The translations under genes and the position numbers were made by a program. Shown piece by piece: positions 17,626 to 26,507 of a DNA stretch of 64,000 nt. Every line of letters starts with the position of its first letter. Positions within the stretch are counted from its first letter, which is position 1. This stretch comes from a bacterium. GTDB lineage: Bacteria > Elusimicrobiota > Elusimicrobia > UBA1565 > UBA9628. The notes beneath the pieces were generated by a model that was not told the DNA's origin, searched no databases, and saw only the letters and a program-made list of their open reading frames with translations. The DNA is taken from positions 1,594 to 65,593 of the forward strand of contig JAJZJF010000002.1 of the NCBI GenBank assembly GCA_021810245.1, written 5' to 3'.

Positions 17626-18546
17626 GTGAACTTAGCACGTTTAGACTTGGCAAATATGGAGCAACTGGGTGAGGTTGCTTCTGTCTCCAGCTCCCAACTA
17701 CTCTGCATTATTCGTAACAAAGAGTCATACTACGAAAGTTTTTTTATGAAGAAGAAGGACGGTGCACCGCGAGAAATCAATCCGCCCAAACCCGAACTCG
17801 CAGAAATCCAACTACGCTTAAAAAACTATCTCCAAAAGCGACTCAAATGGACCAACGCGGTCCATGGTGGCATTCCAAAACGCAGCATAATCACAAATGC
17901 GGAAAGGCATATGGGTAAACTCTGGGTCGCGAACCTGGATATCTCAAAATTCTTCCCCAGCACGAAGCCCGCCCAGATTGAATCAGCGCTCCAAAGGGCG
18001 GGGTGCTCAACCCCAGTGGCCAATCTTTTCGCCGAACTAACAACTTTTAGGAATGGGCTACCTCAAGGCTCTCCCACAAGCACAATCCTGAGCAACCTCG
18101 TGCTCGAACCGATGGATTCACAATTTCTGCGTTTATGTCATCGCAACTCCCTTACCTATACCCGCTATATTGACGACATCACGATATCAGGCGATATCAA
18201 CCTAAACCCATTCTATTCTGCGTTCATTAAAATAATCCAATCGTCTGGATTTGAGGTGCAGACAAAAAAAGTCCACATAACTCCTCACTCCCAGCGTCAA
18301 GTTGTTACCGGCCTAGTCGTCAATGACAGATTGAGACCAACGGGCGAGTTCCTAAGTAATCTAAAGCGAGCAATTCGTCGATGCTGGAATGGTCCAGAAG
18401 AAATTGCTATTGCGGCGGCAGAGGAAGGCCATGAGCCCAGAGAGTTCATTCGCTCACTTTGTGGAAAGGTAAATCACGTCAAGTCCGTTGACCCCAAACT
18501 TGGCCGTAAAATTCGCGCTCTGTGCACTAAAATCCCGCACTTGTAA
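17626..18546 (+). CDS. Retron-type reverse transcriptase
   Basis: 306 aa, the typical retron RT size. Motifs: PPKPELAEIQLRLKNYL; GGIPKRSIITNAERH (retron NAxxH motif); LDISKFFPS; LPQGSPTSTILSNL; YTRYIDDITISGD (YIDD at 18166-18177); RQVVTGLVVN (retron VTG motif); LCGKVNHVKSV thumb. No extra fused domain. GTG start. Confidence 0.85.
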   Translation: MNLARLDLANMEQLGEVASVSSSQLLCIIRNKESYYESFFMKKKDGAPREINPPKPELAEIQLRLKNYLQKRLKWTNAVHGGIPKRSIITNAERHMGKLWVANLDISKFFPSTKPAQIESALQRAGCSTPVANLFAELTTFRNGLPQGSPTSTILSNLVLEPMDSQFLRLCHRNSLTYTRYIDDITISGDINLNPFYSAFIKIIQSSGFEVQTKKVHITPHSQRQVVTGLVVNDRLRPTGEFLSNLKRAIRRCWNGPEEIAIAAAEEGHEPREFIRSLCGKVNHVKSVDPKLGRKIRALCTKIPHL

Positions 18547-18591
18547 TTTAAATAGGCAGAAGATTTTATAGACCATCGGCTTGCTCGGATA

Positions 18592-19770
18592 TCATGTAGC
18601 GACCGTTTTCTTAGGATAGCGTCCAACAATACGAACGGCTGTTTTCAATACATAGGCAGGCTTCTTGCCATCCAGAATTTTTGGGTTGGATACTTCGTAA
18701 TAGGCGCCACCCCAATAATGCCCTAAAGAGCAGGTCAATATTTCATCTTTAGGAAGCCTAAATACCACTTTATGAGCTTCCGTTTCGTCTACACCCGTCC
18801 CTCTACCACCCAAGGGGAGGTCCACTGTGATAAGATGAACCCCTGTTGGGTCGGAAATGAATAGTGCCTCGTCATTTGTTGGGGCAATCTGATATTCAAA
18901 ATAATCGCTCGCAGGAATTAGTCCTGATGCGGCATGCGTCGTTTTGATTTTAATGGCCATGTTAATAATAGATTCAAGCGCCCAGTGAAGAGATTCTTGG
19001 CTCCAGTTGCCTTCGTGGCTGTAATCGCCGTCCAATTCAATTTTTAGAGGAGATTCCTGTTTCCTATTCCAATGCACGACAGGGAGAATCAGGCTTAATC
19101 TTTGGAATTCATGAATGTCTAGGCCAAATTGCAACATTTTTATTTCCTGCTCGTATGAAGGAGTGGCGGAGTAGTAGCCCAAACCAACTAATCCACTGGG
19201 GTGATCAAATTCATGATCAAATAACACATATTTAACTTTTGCAAGTATCTCGACGCATTCCTGCCAAGATTCAGGCGTTCCTTTCTCCAGTTCCCGCTCA
19301 GCGCTCTTAACCATGTTCCTGATTTCTTCATCGGAAATCATGTCGGACAAGCTCAATTTTTCAAAATCCCTTTCCAGAAAAGTCGAACTTGCGTATTCAA
19401 GAAATGGTTTCACGGCTCCGATGGCTTGGGCGTGATCGGAAGGCCTTTGCAATATGCCGTAATGTTTAACGCTTACGCGCGCCCTGTTTAATTGGGATAG
19501 CTCGCGCTCATAGGGCAATTTTTTATTTTGTTCCAGTTCCTTGTTAATCGCGCCGAAGTAGCCCGAGAACGTCATTGGATCTTTCAGCTTCGCGTTGATG
19601 ACGCTGGCAATCGCTCCCAAGGCAAGTTCCACCGCATCTTGCAGGGACAAAAGTCCTTTTGAAAATTCAAATAGGTCGAGTTGATTCGCACAGGCAAGAC
19701 TCCCCTGTTGAAAGAGCCTCTTTGCCAAAACCATGCGCTCAATGACGGATTTATCAATCACCTTTGGCAT
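18592..19770 (-). CDS. Hypothetical 392-aa protein, fourth cistron of the type I R-M operon; possible HEPN/DUF4145-like N-terminal domain
   Basis: ATG 19770 is 3 nt downstream of the hsdS stop (19774-19776) on the same strand. The N-terminal helical region contains LSQLNRARVSVKHYG (R-x4-H). The C-terminal half is beta-rich and unrecognised. Confidence 0.6.
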   Translation of the reverse strand: MPKVIDKSVIERMVLAKRLFQQGSLACANQLDLFEFSKGLLSLQDAVELALGAIASVINAKLKDPMTFSGYFGAINKELEQNKKLPYERELSQLNRARVSVKHYGILQRPSDHAQAIGAVKPFLEYASSTFLERDFEKLSLSDMISDEEIRNMVKSAERELEKGTPESWQECVEILAKVKYVLFDHEFDHPSGLVGLGYYSATPSYEQEIKMLQFGLDIHEFQRLSLILPVVHWNRKQESPLKIELDGDYSHEGNWSQESLHWALESIINMAIKIKTTHAASGLIPASDYFEYQIAPTNDEALFISDPTGVHLITVDLPLGGRGTGVDETEAHKVVFRLPKDEILTCSLGHYWGGAYYEVSNPKILDGKKPAYVLKTAVRIVGRYPKKTVAT

Positions 19771-19773
19771 GGT

Positions 19774-20928
19774 TTAAATCTCCCCCTCAAACGCCCGGTG
19801 CAAAAGGGACTGAAACAACTCGTCCAATTTCTCGCGGCTCGCGGCTTGAGCGGCTTCCATGGCGCGAATTTCGGCGACGCGCGCGGCGAAGTCTTTTTGT
19901 AGCGCTATCGGTGGAAGTGGAAGCTCGATGGCCTGAAGTTCCTTGGCATTGATGTTTGCCTGCCCTACAGCGCCACGCGCCATTTCTGCAAGGCGTCGCT
20001 TCATCGAAGTCATATTCATAAAGGCAGTGAAGTGCAAAGGATGCTCAATGTTGGGTTGGAAACGAATACGAATAAAGTAGGAAGCGGCGACAGCCTTGAA
20101 TCTTCCATCCCACATCCCCGTTTTGCCGACTAACTCGCGGCTATTTGTTCTGTTAAAAAGAACATCACCTTGCTTTAACTGATGCTTTAAAATCTCGGTA
20201 TCCGTTAATTCAACCGTCTTCAAATCTTTTAAGTCTAGTTGTCCGTCCATTGTAACATTGCCCATTCGCAAAACAACGATGCCTCGATCAGCTTCATTCG
20301 CCTTCTGGCTTGTCCCATAATCACAGGATTCCATTAGAGAACCCACTCGACTTATGGGCCACCCTTTAGGATTTGTCACGGGATCCCCAAACATCTCATG
20401 AAAGAGCGCGGGGATGAGGTCGGCGGCGCGGCGGTCGGCTTGGGCGCGGAGTTTTCGCAATTCATCCGCCGCGTCCAGCAGCTTCACGATTCGCTCTTGC
20501 TCCGCCAGCGGCGGAACGGGAATCTCGGTTCTCTCAAATGGCTCTTTCGTAATGTGTTGCATCGTCGCTCCATGTGTCTTGGAGCGGAGCTCGCCCATCA
20601 CCAACTTGAGTGCATAAAAGAGGTATGTCCTCAAGACTTGAGAGGGATTAGGAACGGCGCGGAAAATGTGCTGGTTTAGAACAGCTTCCCCTCTTTCCCA
20701 AATAAATACGTCCAACGTGGCAGACCAAGAAATTAAAATGTCGCCGTTTTTTACGGCATGACGTTCGTCAATTTTACCTGCGAAGTAATTTGCGCGAGTG
20801 TTTGAGTTAGTAAGATTTTGAATTCGAATAATAGGAACACCGTCAGATGACCACTCATTTGGCTTGAAAGCTCGGCCATTTATGAAATCAGATACTTCGC
20901 CGAGCTTTTTCAGCGGCCAGCGGGTCAT
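19774..20928 (-). CDS. hsdS: Type I restriction-modification specificity subunit HsdS
   Basis: Two target-recognition halves separated by the conserved helical spacers LPPLAEQERIVKLLDAADELRKLRAQA and LPLPPIALQKDFAARVAEIRAMEAAQ. 4-nt overlap with hsdM. Confidence 0.9.
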   Translation of the reverse strand: MTRWPLKKLGEVSDFINGRAFKPNEWSSDGVPIIRIQNLTNSNTRANYFAGKIDERHAVKNGDILISWSATLDVFIWERGEAVLNQHIFRAVPNPSQVLRTYLFYALKLVMGELRSKTHGATMQHITKEPFERTEIPVPPLAEQERIVKLLDAADELRKLRAQADRRAADLIPALFHEMFGDPVTNPKGWPISRVGSLMESCDYGTSQKANEADRGIVVLRMGNVTMDGQLDLKDLKTVELTDTEILKHQLKQGDVLFNRTNSRELVGKTGMWDGRFKAVAASYFIRIRFQPNIEHPLHFTAFMNMTSMKRRLAEMARGAVGQANINAKELQAIELPLPPIALQKDFAARVAEIRAMEAAQAASREKLDELFQSLLHRAFEGEI

Positions 20929-22457
20929 TGGGGTTTGCCGATTTGATCGAGCAAGGCGTTGCCGCGACGGATGATTTCGGCTTCGAGATCGAGGACTTCG
21001 GCGAGAATTTTTTTCGGGGAGTCGTGGTTGACGGAGGAAACCGTCACGGGTTTATAGCGGCCTGCCGCGAGACTCCAGGAGTTTTCCCGGATTTTTTCGA
21101 TCGGAACGCGGTAGCTGTTGGGGCCTTCCTCTTTATTGGGCCATTTGGACAAGAGATCGGGAATATCGTTAGCCGCGATCGGCGTTCGTTTGTCATCAAG
21201 ACTGAGACCGTCAGCGGTCAAATCGTAAAACCAGACGCTTTTCGTCGGCTCGCCTTTTTGAAAGATCAGCGCGGCGGTGCCGACGCCGGAATAAGGCTTA
21301 AAAACGCCACTTGGCAAATTGATCACGGCCTGCAAATCGCATTCAGTCAAAAGCAGTTCGCGCAAGGAAGTCGCCGCGTTGCTAGAGCCAAAAAGAACGC
21401 CGTTGGGAACGATGACGCCCGCCCGGCCATTTTGCGCCAGATGATCGATGAACCATTTGAGAAACAGAAGTTCGGTTGAGCGCGTGTTGAGTTTATAATT
21501 AAGATCAGACAAAATGCTCTCGTCTTGAACTTTCCCGGCAAACGGCGGGTTGGCCAAAATCACGTCGAATTGCTTTCCGGGATACGCGCCGCTAAAACCC
21601 GTGGTCAGGGGATCCTTCATCTCGATTTGGGTTTTCTCCAATTGGTGTAGGTAGAGGTTTAAGATCGCGATTTTCACCATATTCGCGTCATTGTCAAAGC
21701 CGATGAAGGCTTGGTCTTCGAGAAATTTCCATTGAGCGGGCTTGATGAGCGCTCCGTCCGCCAAACCGCGTTTTAAGTCCGCAGGTTTTGTATTTTGGCG
21801 CAGGATGTGGTTAAAAGCCGCAATAAGAAAGCCCGCCGTGCCGCAGGCGGGGTCGCAGATGCGCTCGTTCGGCTGTGGATTAACTAAAGCGGTGATCAGG
21901 GCAATGATGTGACGCGGAGTTCGGAATTGCCCATTGGTTCCGGACGCGGACAGTTGGCTCAAGAGATACTCATACATATCTCCTTTAAGATCGTGCCCAT
22001 CATGGGCGGACAAGTCCATTTCATGAATGCCTTGGATCACGGCTCGCAGCGCAGGACGATTGTAAATTTTGAGCGTGGCGCGGCTAAAAAGCAACTTGCC
22101 TGTTTCAGAGAGACTGGGAAGCTCATGCAATCTTTCCATCGCGTCGCGAACGACGTTAAAGAGATTGTCGCCGGTCAAGGTGACGAAGTTCCCCCACGCA
22201 AAGCGCGCCCATTCCCCGGAGAAAATGCGCTTATATTTCTTGTCAAGATTTGCGAAGGCCTCGTCTTTTTCGGTGAGCAGGCGCAAAAAGAGCAGATAGG
22301 AAATCTGTTCGATTGAGTCCATCGGATTATTGACGCCACCGGCAAACAAGATGTTCATGAGTTGGTCTATCTTTTGCCGCAAACCGGAAGAAAAAAAGTT
22401 CGATTGCGGGACACCCGGCTGAGGCGTCACGGGAGCGGACTTTGTCTGCGTTTTCAT
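20925..22457 (-). CDS. hsdM: Type I R-M N6-adenine DNA methyltransferase HsdM
   Basis: HsdM_N-like N-terminus, SAM motif DPACGTAGFL and catalytic NPPF (ILANPPFAG). Confidence 0.95.
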   Translation of the reverse strand: MKTQTKSAPVTPQPGVPQSNFFSSGLRQKIDQLMNILFAGGVNNPMDSIEQISYLLFLRLLTEKDEAFANLDKKYKRIFSGEWARFAWGNFVTLTGDNLFNVVRDAMERLHELPSLSETGKLLFSRATLKIYNRPALRAVIQGIHEMDLSAHDGHDLKGDMYEYLLSQLSASGTNGQFRTPRHIIALITALVNPQPNERICDPACGTAGFLIAAFNHILRQNTKPADLKRGLADGALIKPAQWKFLEDQAFIGFDNDANMVKIAILNLYLHQLEKTQIEMKDPLTTGFSGAYPGKQFDVILANPPFAGKVQDESILSDLNYKLNTRSTELLFLKWFIDHLAQNGRAGVIVPNGVLFGSSNAATSLRELLLTECDLQAVINLPSGVFKPYSGVGTAALIFQKGEPTKSVWFYDLTADGLSLDDKRTPIAANDIPDLLSKWPNKEEGPNSYRVPIEKIRENSWSLAAGRYKPVTVSSVNHDSPKKILAEVLDLEAEIIRRGNALLDQIGKPQ

Positions 22458-24865
22458 TGATAATGGCTCGCGATCATGGATTGGCGAATCAACGGAGATT
22501 GCCTGAGAGCTTCAAAGACCTGCTCCCGATCTTCAAAACGGGCCAAGGCCGAAATGCCGCCGATTTGATTAAACTGACTCGCGTTAAAGATCGTCATGTC
22601 TTCCTCCATAAACCGTTTCAGGACTTCGGCGTCATTGGCCAGAAGCTGAGCCGTCGCGCTCAGCCATTTTTGCTGATCGTAACGCAAATTAAAGCGGGCG
22701 GCAATGGAATCCACGGTGTCACTGACAATTTCATCGCGCGTCGGCAACGGTCTTCGGCCAACGGCGTTATAGACAAAGGCCGAAGTCGTCGCTGGAACGC
22801 CGTAAGAGACAATGAGTTTATCGGGAGAATAAAACATCTCGGGGCGGTGATAGAACCTTTCGTTGACGATCGTCTCAACGCTGTCATCGTCTTCCGCTTC
22901 GACGGCGGCTTTGAGTTCCGGTGTTTTTTCGACAAATTCTTTCATGTCTTGTTCATAACCGCCGCGAAAGGTCATCACGTCCACTTTTTCGCCATTGGGG
23001 CCGACAATTTTTATTTCTTGGCTGACAAGAGTGTCGATACCTTCCCAAACCGGAATTTCAGGCTTCTCCGATAACGGCTCGGATGAATTGCCGGGGGCGT
23101 TATGAAACTCGCTGGGCTTGCCGCCGGGCGGGTGCGGCTTTGATATTGCCTGTTTATTTTCGCGCGGAACATTCAATGGTAACGAATAATCATATTCTTC
23201 CTCGAAGTATTCCGCGACGGCGCAAAAATCGAGCATAAAGAATTTTTTCTTTTCATATTCAGTATGACCTACTTTAAATGTAAATAGGCGCGTGCCACGC
23301 CCCTTGATCTGAATATATTCAGTCGGCGAGAAAATTGGCCGCATGAGGCCGATATTGAGCAAATCGCGGCAGTTGTAGCCAGTAGAAAGCATGTCCACCG
23401 ATACGGCAATGCGCTCCGAACGCTTGCCGTCGCGAAAATCCTTGGCCAAGACGGAAGCATCTTTGATTCGTGAGGTGATCGTCAACGCAACGCTCGGCTG
23501 AATTTCGTTAAAGATTTTAGTGAGACTGGTCGCATGGGTCTGATTGACGGCAAAAATAAGAGATTTGCCGATCTTCCCCTCAGGATCGCGCTGAGATTCT
23601 TTAAGAAAGGTTTCACACATAAGGCGATTGCGCGCGGGAGTGAAAATTTTGCGCTCCAAATCTTGAATCTTAAAGCTTTCTTCCTGCTCATCAACGAGAA
23701 CGGCCCAGCCGGAATCAGACAAGGCTTGAGTGGTGACCTCCGAGCGAATATCAAAAATCTTCGGCAGACAAAGAAAGGGGCCTTCAATATCCTTGACGGC
23801 GTCGAGGATATCGTAGCGAAAAGTCGGGGAACCCGGCTCGCAGCCGAAATAGCGATAGGTGTCGCGAAGCTCGCGGGCTTCCAGCGCCTTAGGATTATCC
23901 TCGGCCAATCGCTTGACGTTGACGTTTTTAAGATACGCCTTTGGCGTGGCGGTTAAACCAATGCGCGTGGCTTGAAAGAACTGGACGACTTCGCGCGCGT
24001 TGCCGTAAATCGAGCGGTGAGCCTCATCGTTGATGACCAAGTCAAAATAAAATGGAGTAAAGTCTTTGCGATAGCGGCGATCCGTCATCAGAGATTGAAT
24101 AGTGGCGACCACCACTGATGAGGCAAGAAGCTCGCCGCTGCGCCGAGCACTCTTAAAAACAACCGGCTTAAATTCCGGCAAAACGGCCTTAAAATCTTCC
24201 ATGGTTTGTTTTGCCAATTCAATACGGTCAACAATGAATAAAACTCGCTCGGCATTGCGGCTGGTGAGAAAACGGCGAATCAGCGCGGCGCAGAGAAGAG
24301 TTTTTCCGGTTCCGGTCGCCATTTCCAAAAGAAATTTTCTTTGTCCTTTCTCATCGAAAAGCCGCGCAATTTCATCTATCGCTTTAATCTGATAGCGCCT
24401 CAGCACAAAATCCTTCTTGAGCCCTTGGAGATAATCAGGCTTGATGATTTCACTTTGAAGAGGATTCGGCGGCTGGAGATTTTTGAGGCGAAGGCGCTCC
24501 ATATCCCGCCTTGAGGGCAGCCGCTCGATGCGATAAGCGTCGCGCTGATCGGCCCGCTCGTAGTTCCAAAACCAGTGCTCGCGGCCATTGGAAAGAATAA
24601 TGAAAGGAGCTTTTAGATTTTCCGCGTAACCGCGCGCCTGTTCTTTAGCGTCATAGGGATCCAAATCTTCACGTTTGGCTTCTAAAACACAAAGCGCGCG
24701 GCCTAGGCTATCTTTGAGAATGTAGTCGGCGCGGCCATTCTGGGTATGAAGCTCAAACTGGACTTGCTTGGAATCGAGCAAATCCCAATCGCTGTCTTGA
24801 AGAGCGCGATCGATAAGAATCCGCGAAAAGGCCTCCGGCTGGTTAGGCACGGGCAGTCTCAACAT
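22454..24865 (-). CDS. hsdR: Type I restriction enzyme R subunit HsdR
   Basis: N-terminal nuclease-like domain (ADYILKD...LEAKR), helicase motif I MATGTGKT and motif II VINDEAHRS. ATGA overlap with hsdM. Confidence 0.9.
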   Translation of the reverse strand: MLRLPVPNQPEAFSRILIDRALQDSDWDLLDSKQVQFELHTQNGRADYILKDSLGRALCVLEAKREDLDPYDAKEQARGYAENLKAPFIILSNGREHWFWNYERADQRDAYRIERLPSRRDMERLRLKNLQPPNPLQSEIIKPDYLQGLKKDFVLRRYQIKAIDEIARLFDEKGQRKFLLEMATGTGKTLLCAALIRRFLTSRNAERVLFIVDRIELAKQTMEDFKAVLPEFKPVVFKSARRSGELLASSVVVATIQSLMTDRRYRKDFTPFYFDLVINDEAHRSIYGNAREVVQFFQATRIGLTATPKAYLKNVNVKRLAEDNPKALEARELRDTYRYFGCEPGSPTFRYDILDAVKDIEGPFLCLPKIFDIRSEVTTQALSDSGWAVLVDEQEESFKIQDLERKIFTPARNRLMCETFLKESQRDPEGKIGKSLIFAVNQTHATSLTKIFNEIQPSVALTITSRIKDASVLAKDFRDGKRSERIAVSVDMLSTGYNCRDLLNIGLMRPIFSPTEYIQIKGRGTRLFTFKVGHTEYEKKKFFMLDFCAVAEYFEEEYDYSLPLNVPRENKQAISKPHPPGGKPSEFHNAPGNSSEPLSEKPEIPVWEGIDTLVSQEIKIVGPNGEKVDVMTFRGGYEQDMKEFVEKTPELKAAVEAEDDDSVETIVNERFYHRPEMFYSPDKLIVSYGVPATTSAFVYNAVGRRPLPTRDEIVSDTVDSIAARFNLRYDQQKWLSATAQLLANDAEVLKRFMEEDMTIFNASQFNQIGGISALARFEDREQVFEALRQSPLIRQSMIASHYQ

Positions 24866-25160
24866 CGCTGGGAATCACAGTCCGACTCTTGCGCGGCCGC
24901 CCTGGAATCGGCCGGGATTCAAGGCCGTCCATTCCCTCCTGAGCGAAACGATAGCGCCATTTTTTCACGGTGTTGCGGCTGATCCCGAGTTCTTTGGCGA
25001 TCCTGTAATTGGTCTGGCCGCGGGCGGCCCGCGAGACGATGTCGGCCCGCAGCGCTTCCTGGTGCGACCAGCTGACGCCCTTGTTCCATCGGCCCAGGAG
25101 CATTTTTTCCTGGTTCGAGAGCCGGATTTCGATCGATTTTTTCCTGGGCATACGCAACAA
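24843..25160 (-). pseudogene. IS630-family transposase remnant (N-terminal HTH part only)
   Basis: GQTNYRIAKELGISRNTVKKWRYRFAQEGMDGLESRPIPGRPRK is the IS630/Tc1-type N-terminal HTH. The reading frame ends inside the hsdR start region and no DDE domain follows. Confidence 0.6.
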
Positions 25161-25233
25161 TGTTTAGTATAGCAATATGGTCACATATTTTCAATTTTTT
25201 CGATGGAGCGCGTGCCGATATGCGCCCCGCGCC

Positions 25234-25374
25234 CGAATAGGAAGTGAGGGGATCCTCTACCCGGAAACCGCGAAACTTGGAAGAGAAAATAGTGGAAAAA
25301 CTCAGCCATCGGGCAGATGGAGAAACAAAATAATGGGCGGATTTGGAGGGGTGCGGCGAATAGGAAGTGAGGGG
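25234..25374. repeat. Two copies of an 18-bp direct repeat, CGAATAGGAAGTGAGGGG
   Basis: Exact copies at 25234-25251 and 25357-25374, with starts 123 bp apart, in non-coding DNA between the IS remnant and the replication-relaxation gene. Confidence 0.8.
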
Positions 25375-25572
25375 CGCTTGGGAATGAAACGCTCCGGAAA
25401 TGTGCGGAATTGACTGGCTCAAACGATTAGTATTTGTGGGGAGTTTTAAGCGAAAGGGCGTCTAACGCCCCCTCCAACAAAACAGACGTATGGATTTTGA
25501 GTGGTGAAGATGAAAAAACATGGAAATTGCGGCACAATATCGCCCGCCTCGCGTCGGGCGGGGCCCTTCGCG

Positions 25573-25636
25573 TTTCCTGACCACACCCCCTCAACCATAT
25601 GAATTCGTGGTATCGGGAGGTGGTGTGGTCAGGAAA
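25573..25636. repeat. 15-bp perfect inverted repeat (hairpin/operator) upstream of the replication-relaxation gene
   Basis: TTTCCTGACCACACC (25573-25587) and GGTGTGGTCAGGAAA (25622-25636), about 35 nt before the ATG at 25671. Confidence 0.8.
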
Positions 25637-25670
25637 TCGGCGGGCTAATGAATGGCAATTGGGAGGGTGA

Positions 25671-26507
25671 ATGTCCGAGTTTTGGGAGAGGTTAAGCGGG
25701 AATTTTAGGCTGGAGGAAAGGGATATTTTGGTTCTCTTGGCTCTGGAGAAATGGGGCGTTCTGGGGTTGGGACAGTTGGATGGGATGTTGTTCCGGAGGA
25801 AGGCGGAAGAGATGGAAAGGGTGCGGCTTTTTTTCAACGAGATTGAGCGGAAGGACTATTGGCGGATGGGGTACAAGCGGCTTCGGAGTCTGGAAAAAAG
25901 AGGCTTCATCCGGCAGGAGGTCTATGTCGGCCAGAGGAAAGTCTTTCTTCTGACGGCGCGGGGTTATCGAGTTTTGCGCGAACTGGGGCGGGCTCGGCTC
26001 AAGCGGCCTTTGTTGTCTTTGTCCGAGTGGTGGGTCAGGCACGAGCTCACGGTGAGCGCGGCGGGGCTCATCATTTCGGAGCTCCTGGGCCGTAAAGTCA
26101 CGACCGCGCGCGAGCGGTTTCAAGGCAGCCGTTTCGAGGTCCGGACCTCGCTTCGATCCGCCGAGATGCCGGATCTTTGGGTGATGAACGACGGGGGACC
26201 GCGTCCCGTTGAGATCGAGCTTCAACCCAAGAGCAAATCCCGCTACAAGGAATTGTGGAACAGCTACCGGCGGAGGTTCCCGGAGGGGACGGCGGTGCTC
26301 TACCTGACTGGCTGGCCGCGCGGCGAGGAGTGGATTTTCCACCTCGCGAGGAAATTGGGGCAGGCTTATTTCATCTACGCGGCGTCATTAGATGAGTTCC
26401 GCCGGACCCGCGGCCAAATCCCGTTCGCCAGCGGCGATGAGATTCGGAGCCGCGATTTCATCTCGCTTAAAATTTCCGAAGGGAAGGAGGCGGCCAATGG
26501 AGCTTGA
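25671..26507 (+). CDS. Replication-relaxation family protein (winged-helix N-terminus)
   Basis: LEERDILVLLALEKWGVLGLGQLDGMLF...YKRLRSLEKRGFIRQ...FLLTARGYRVL...HELTVS fits the Replic_Relax pattern as I remember it. RBS GGGAGGG. Followed by an integrase with an 11-nt overlap. Confidence 0.6.
   Translation: MSEFWERLSGNFRLEERDILVLLALEKWGVLGLGQLDGMLFRRKAEEMERVRLFFNEIERKDYWRMGYKRLRSLEKRGFIRQEVYVGQRKVFLLTARGYRVLRELGRARLKRPLLSLSEWWVRHELTVSAAGLIISELLGRKVTTARERFQGSRFEVRTSLRSAEMPDLWVMNDGGPRPVEIELQPKSKSRYKELWNSYRRRFPEGTAVLYLTGWPRGEEWIFHLARKLGQAYFIYAASLDEFRRTRGQIPFASGDEIRSRDFISLKISEGKEAANGA

Noticed and set aside
20928-23074. Plus-strand ORFs of 183 aa (20928-21479), 135 aa (21909-22316) and 210 aa (22442-23074) inside the R-M genes
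   Set aside because: They are antisense to hsdM and hsdR, which carry NPPF and DEAH motifs. The translations are featureless.
25234-25374. Possible CRISPR array
   Set aside because: There are only two 18-bp copies, separated by one 105-bp interval, with no cas genes. No CRISPR-like periodic repeats occur anywhere in the window.
24919-25837. Minus-strand ORFs of 167 aa and 136 aa, and a 78-aa plus-strand ORF, in the 25.16-25.67 kb junction
   Set aside because: Low-complexity S/P/R-rich translations that merely read through the 18-bp repeats. No RBS or motif. The region is treated as non-coding.
25692-26342. 216-aa minus-strand ORF opposite the replication-relaxation gene
   Set aside because: Proline/arginine-rich low-complexity translation. 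It is antisense to a gene with an RBS and a recognisable winged-helix pattern.
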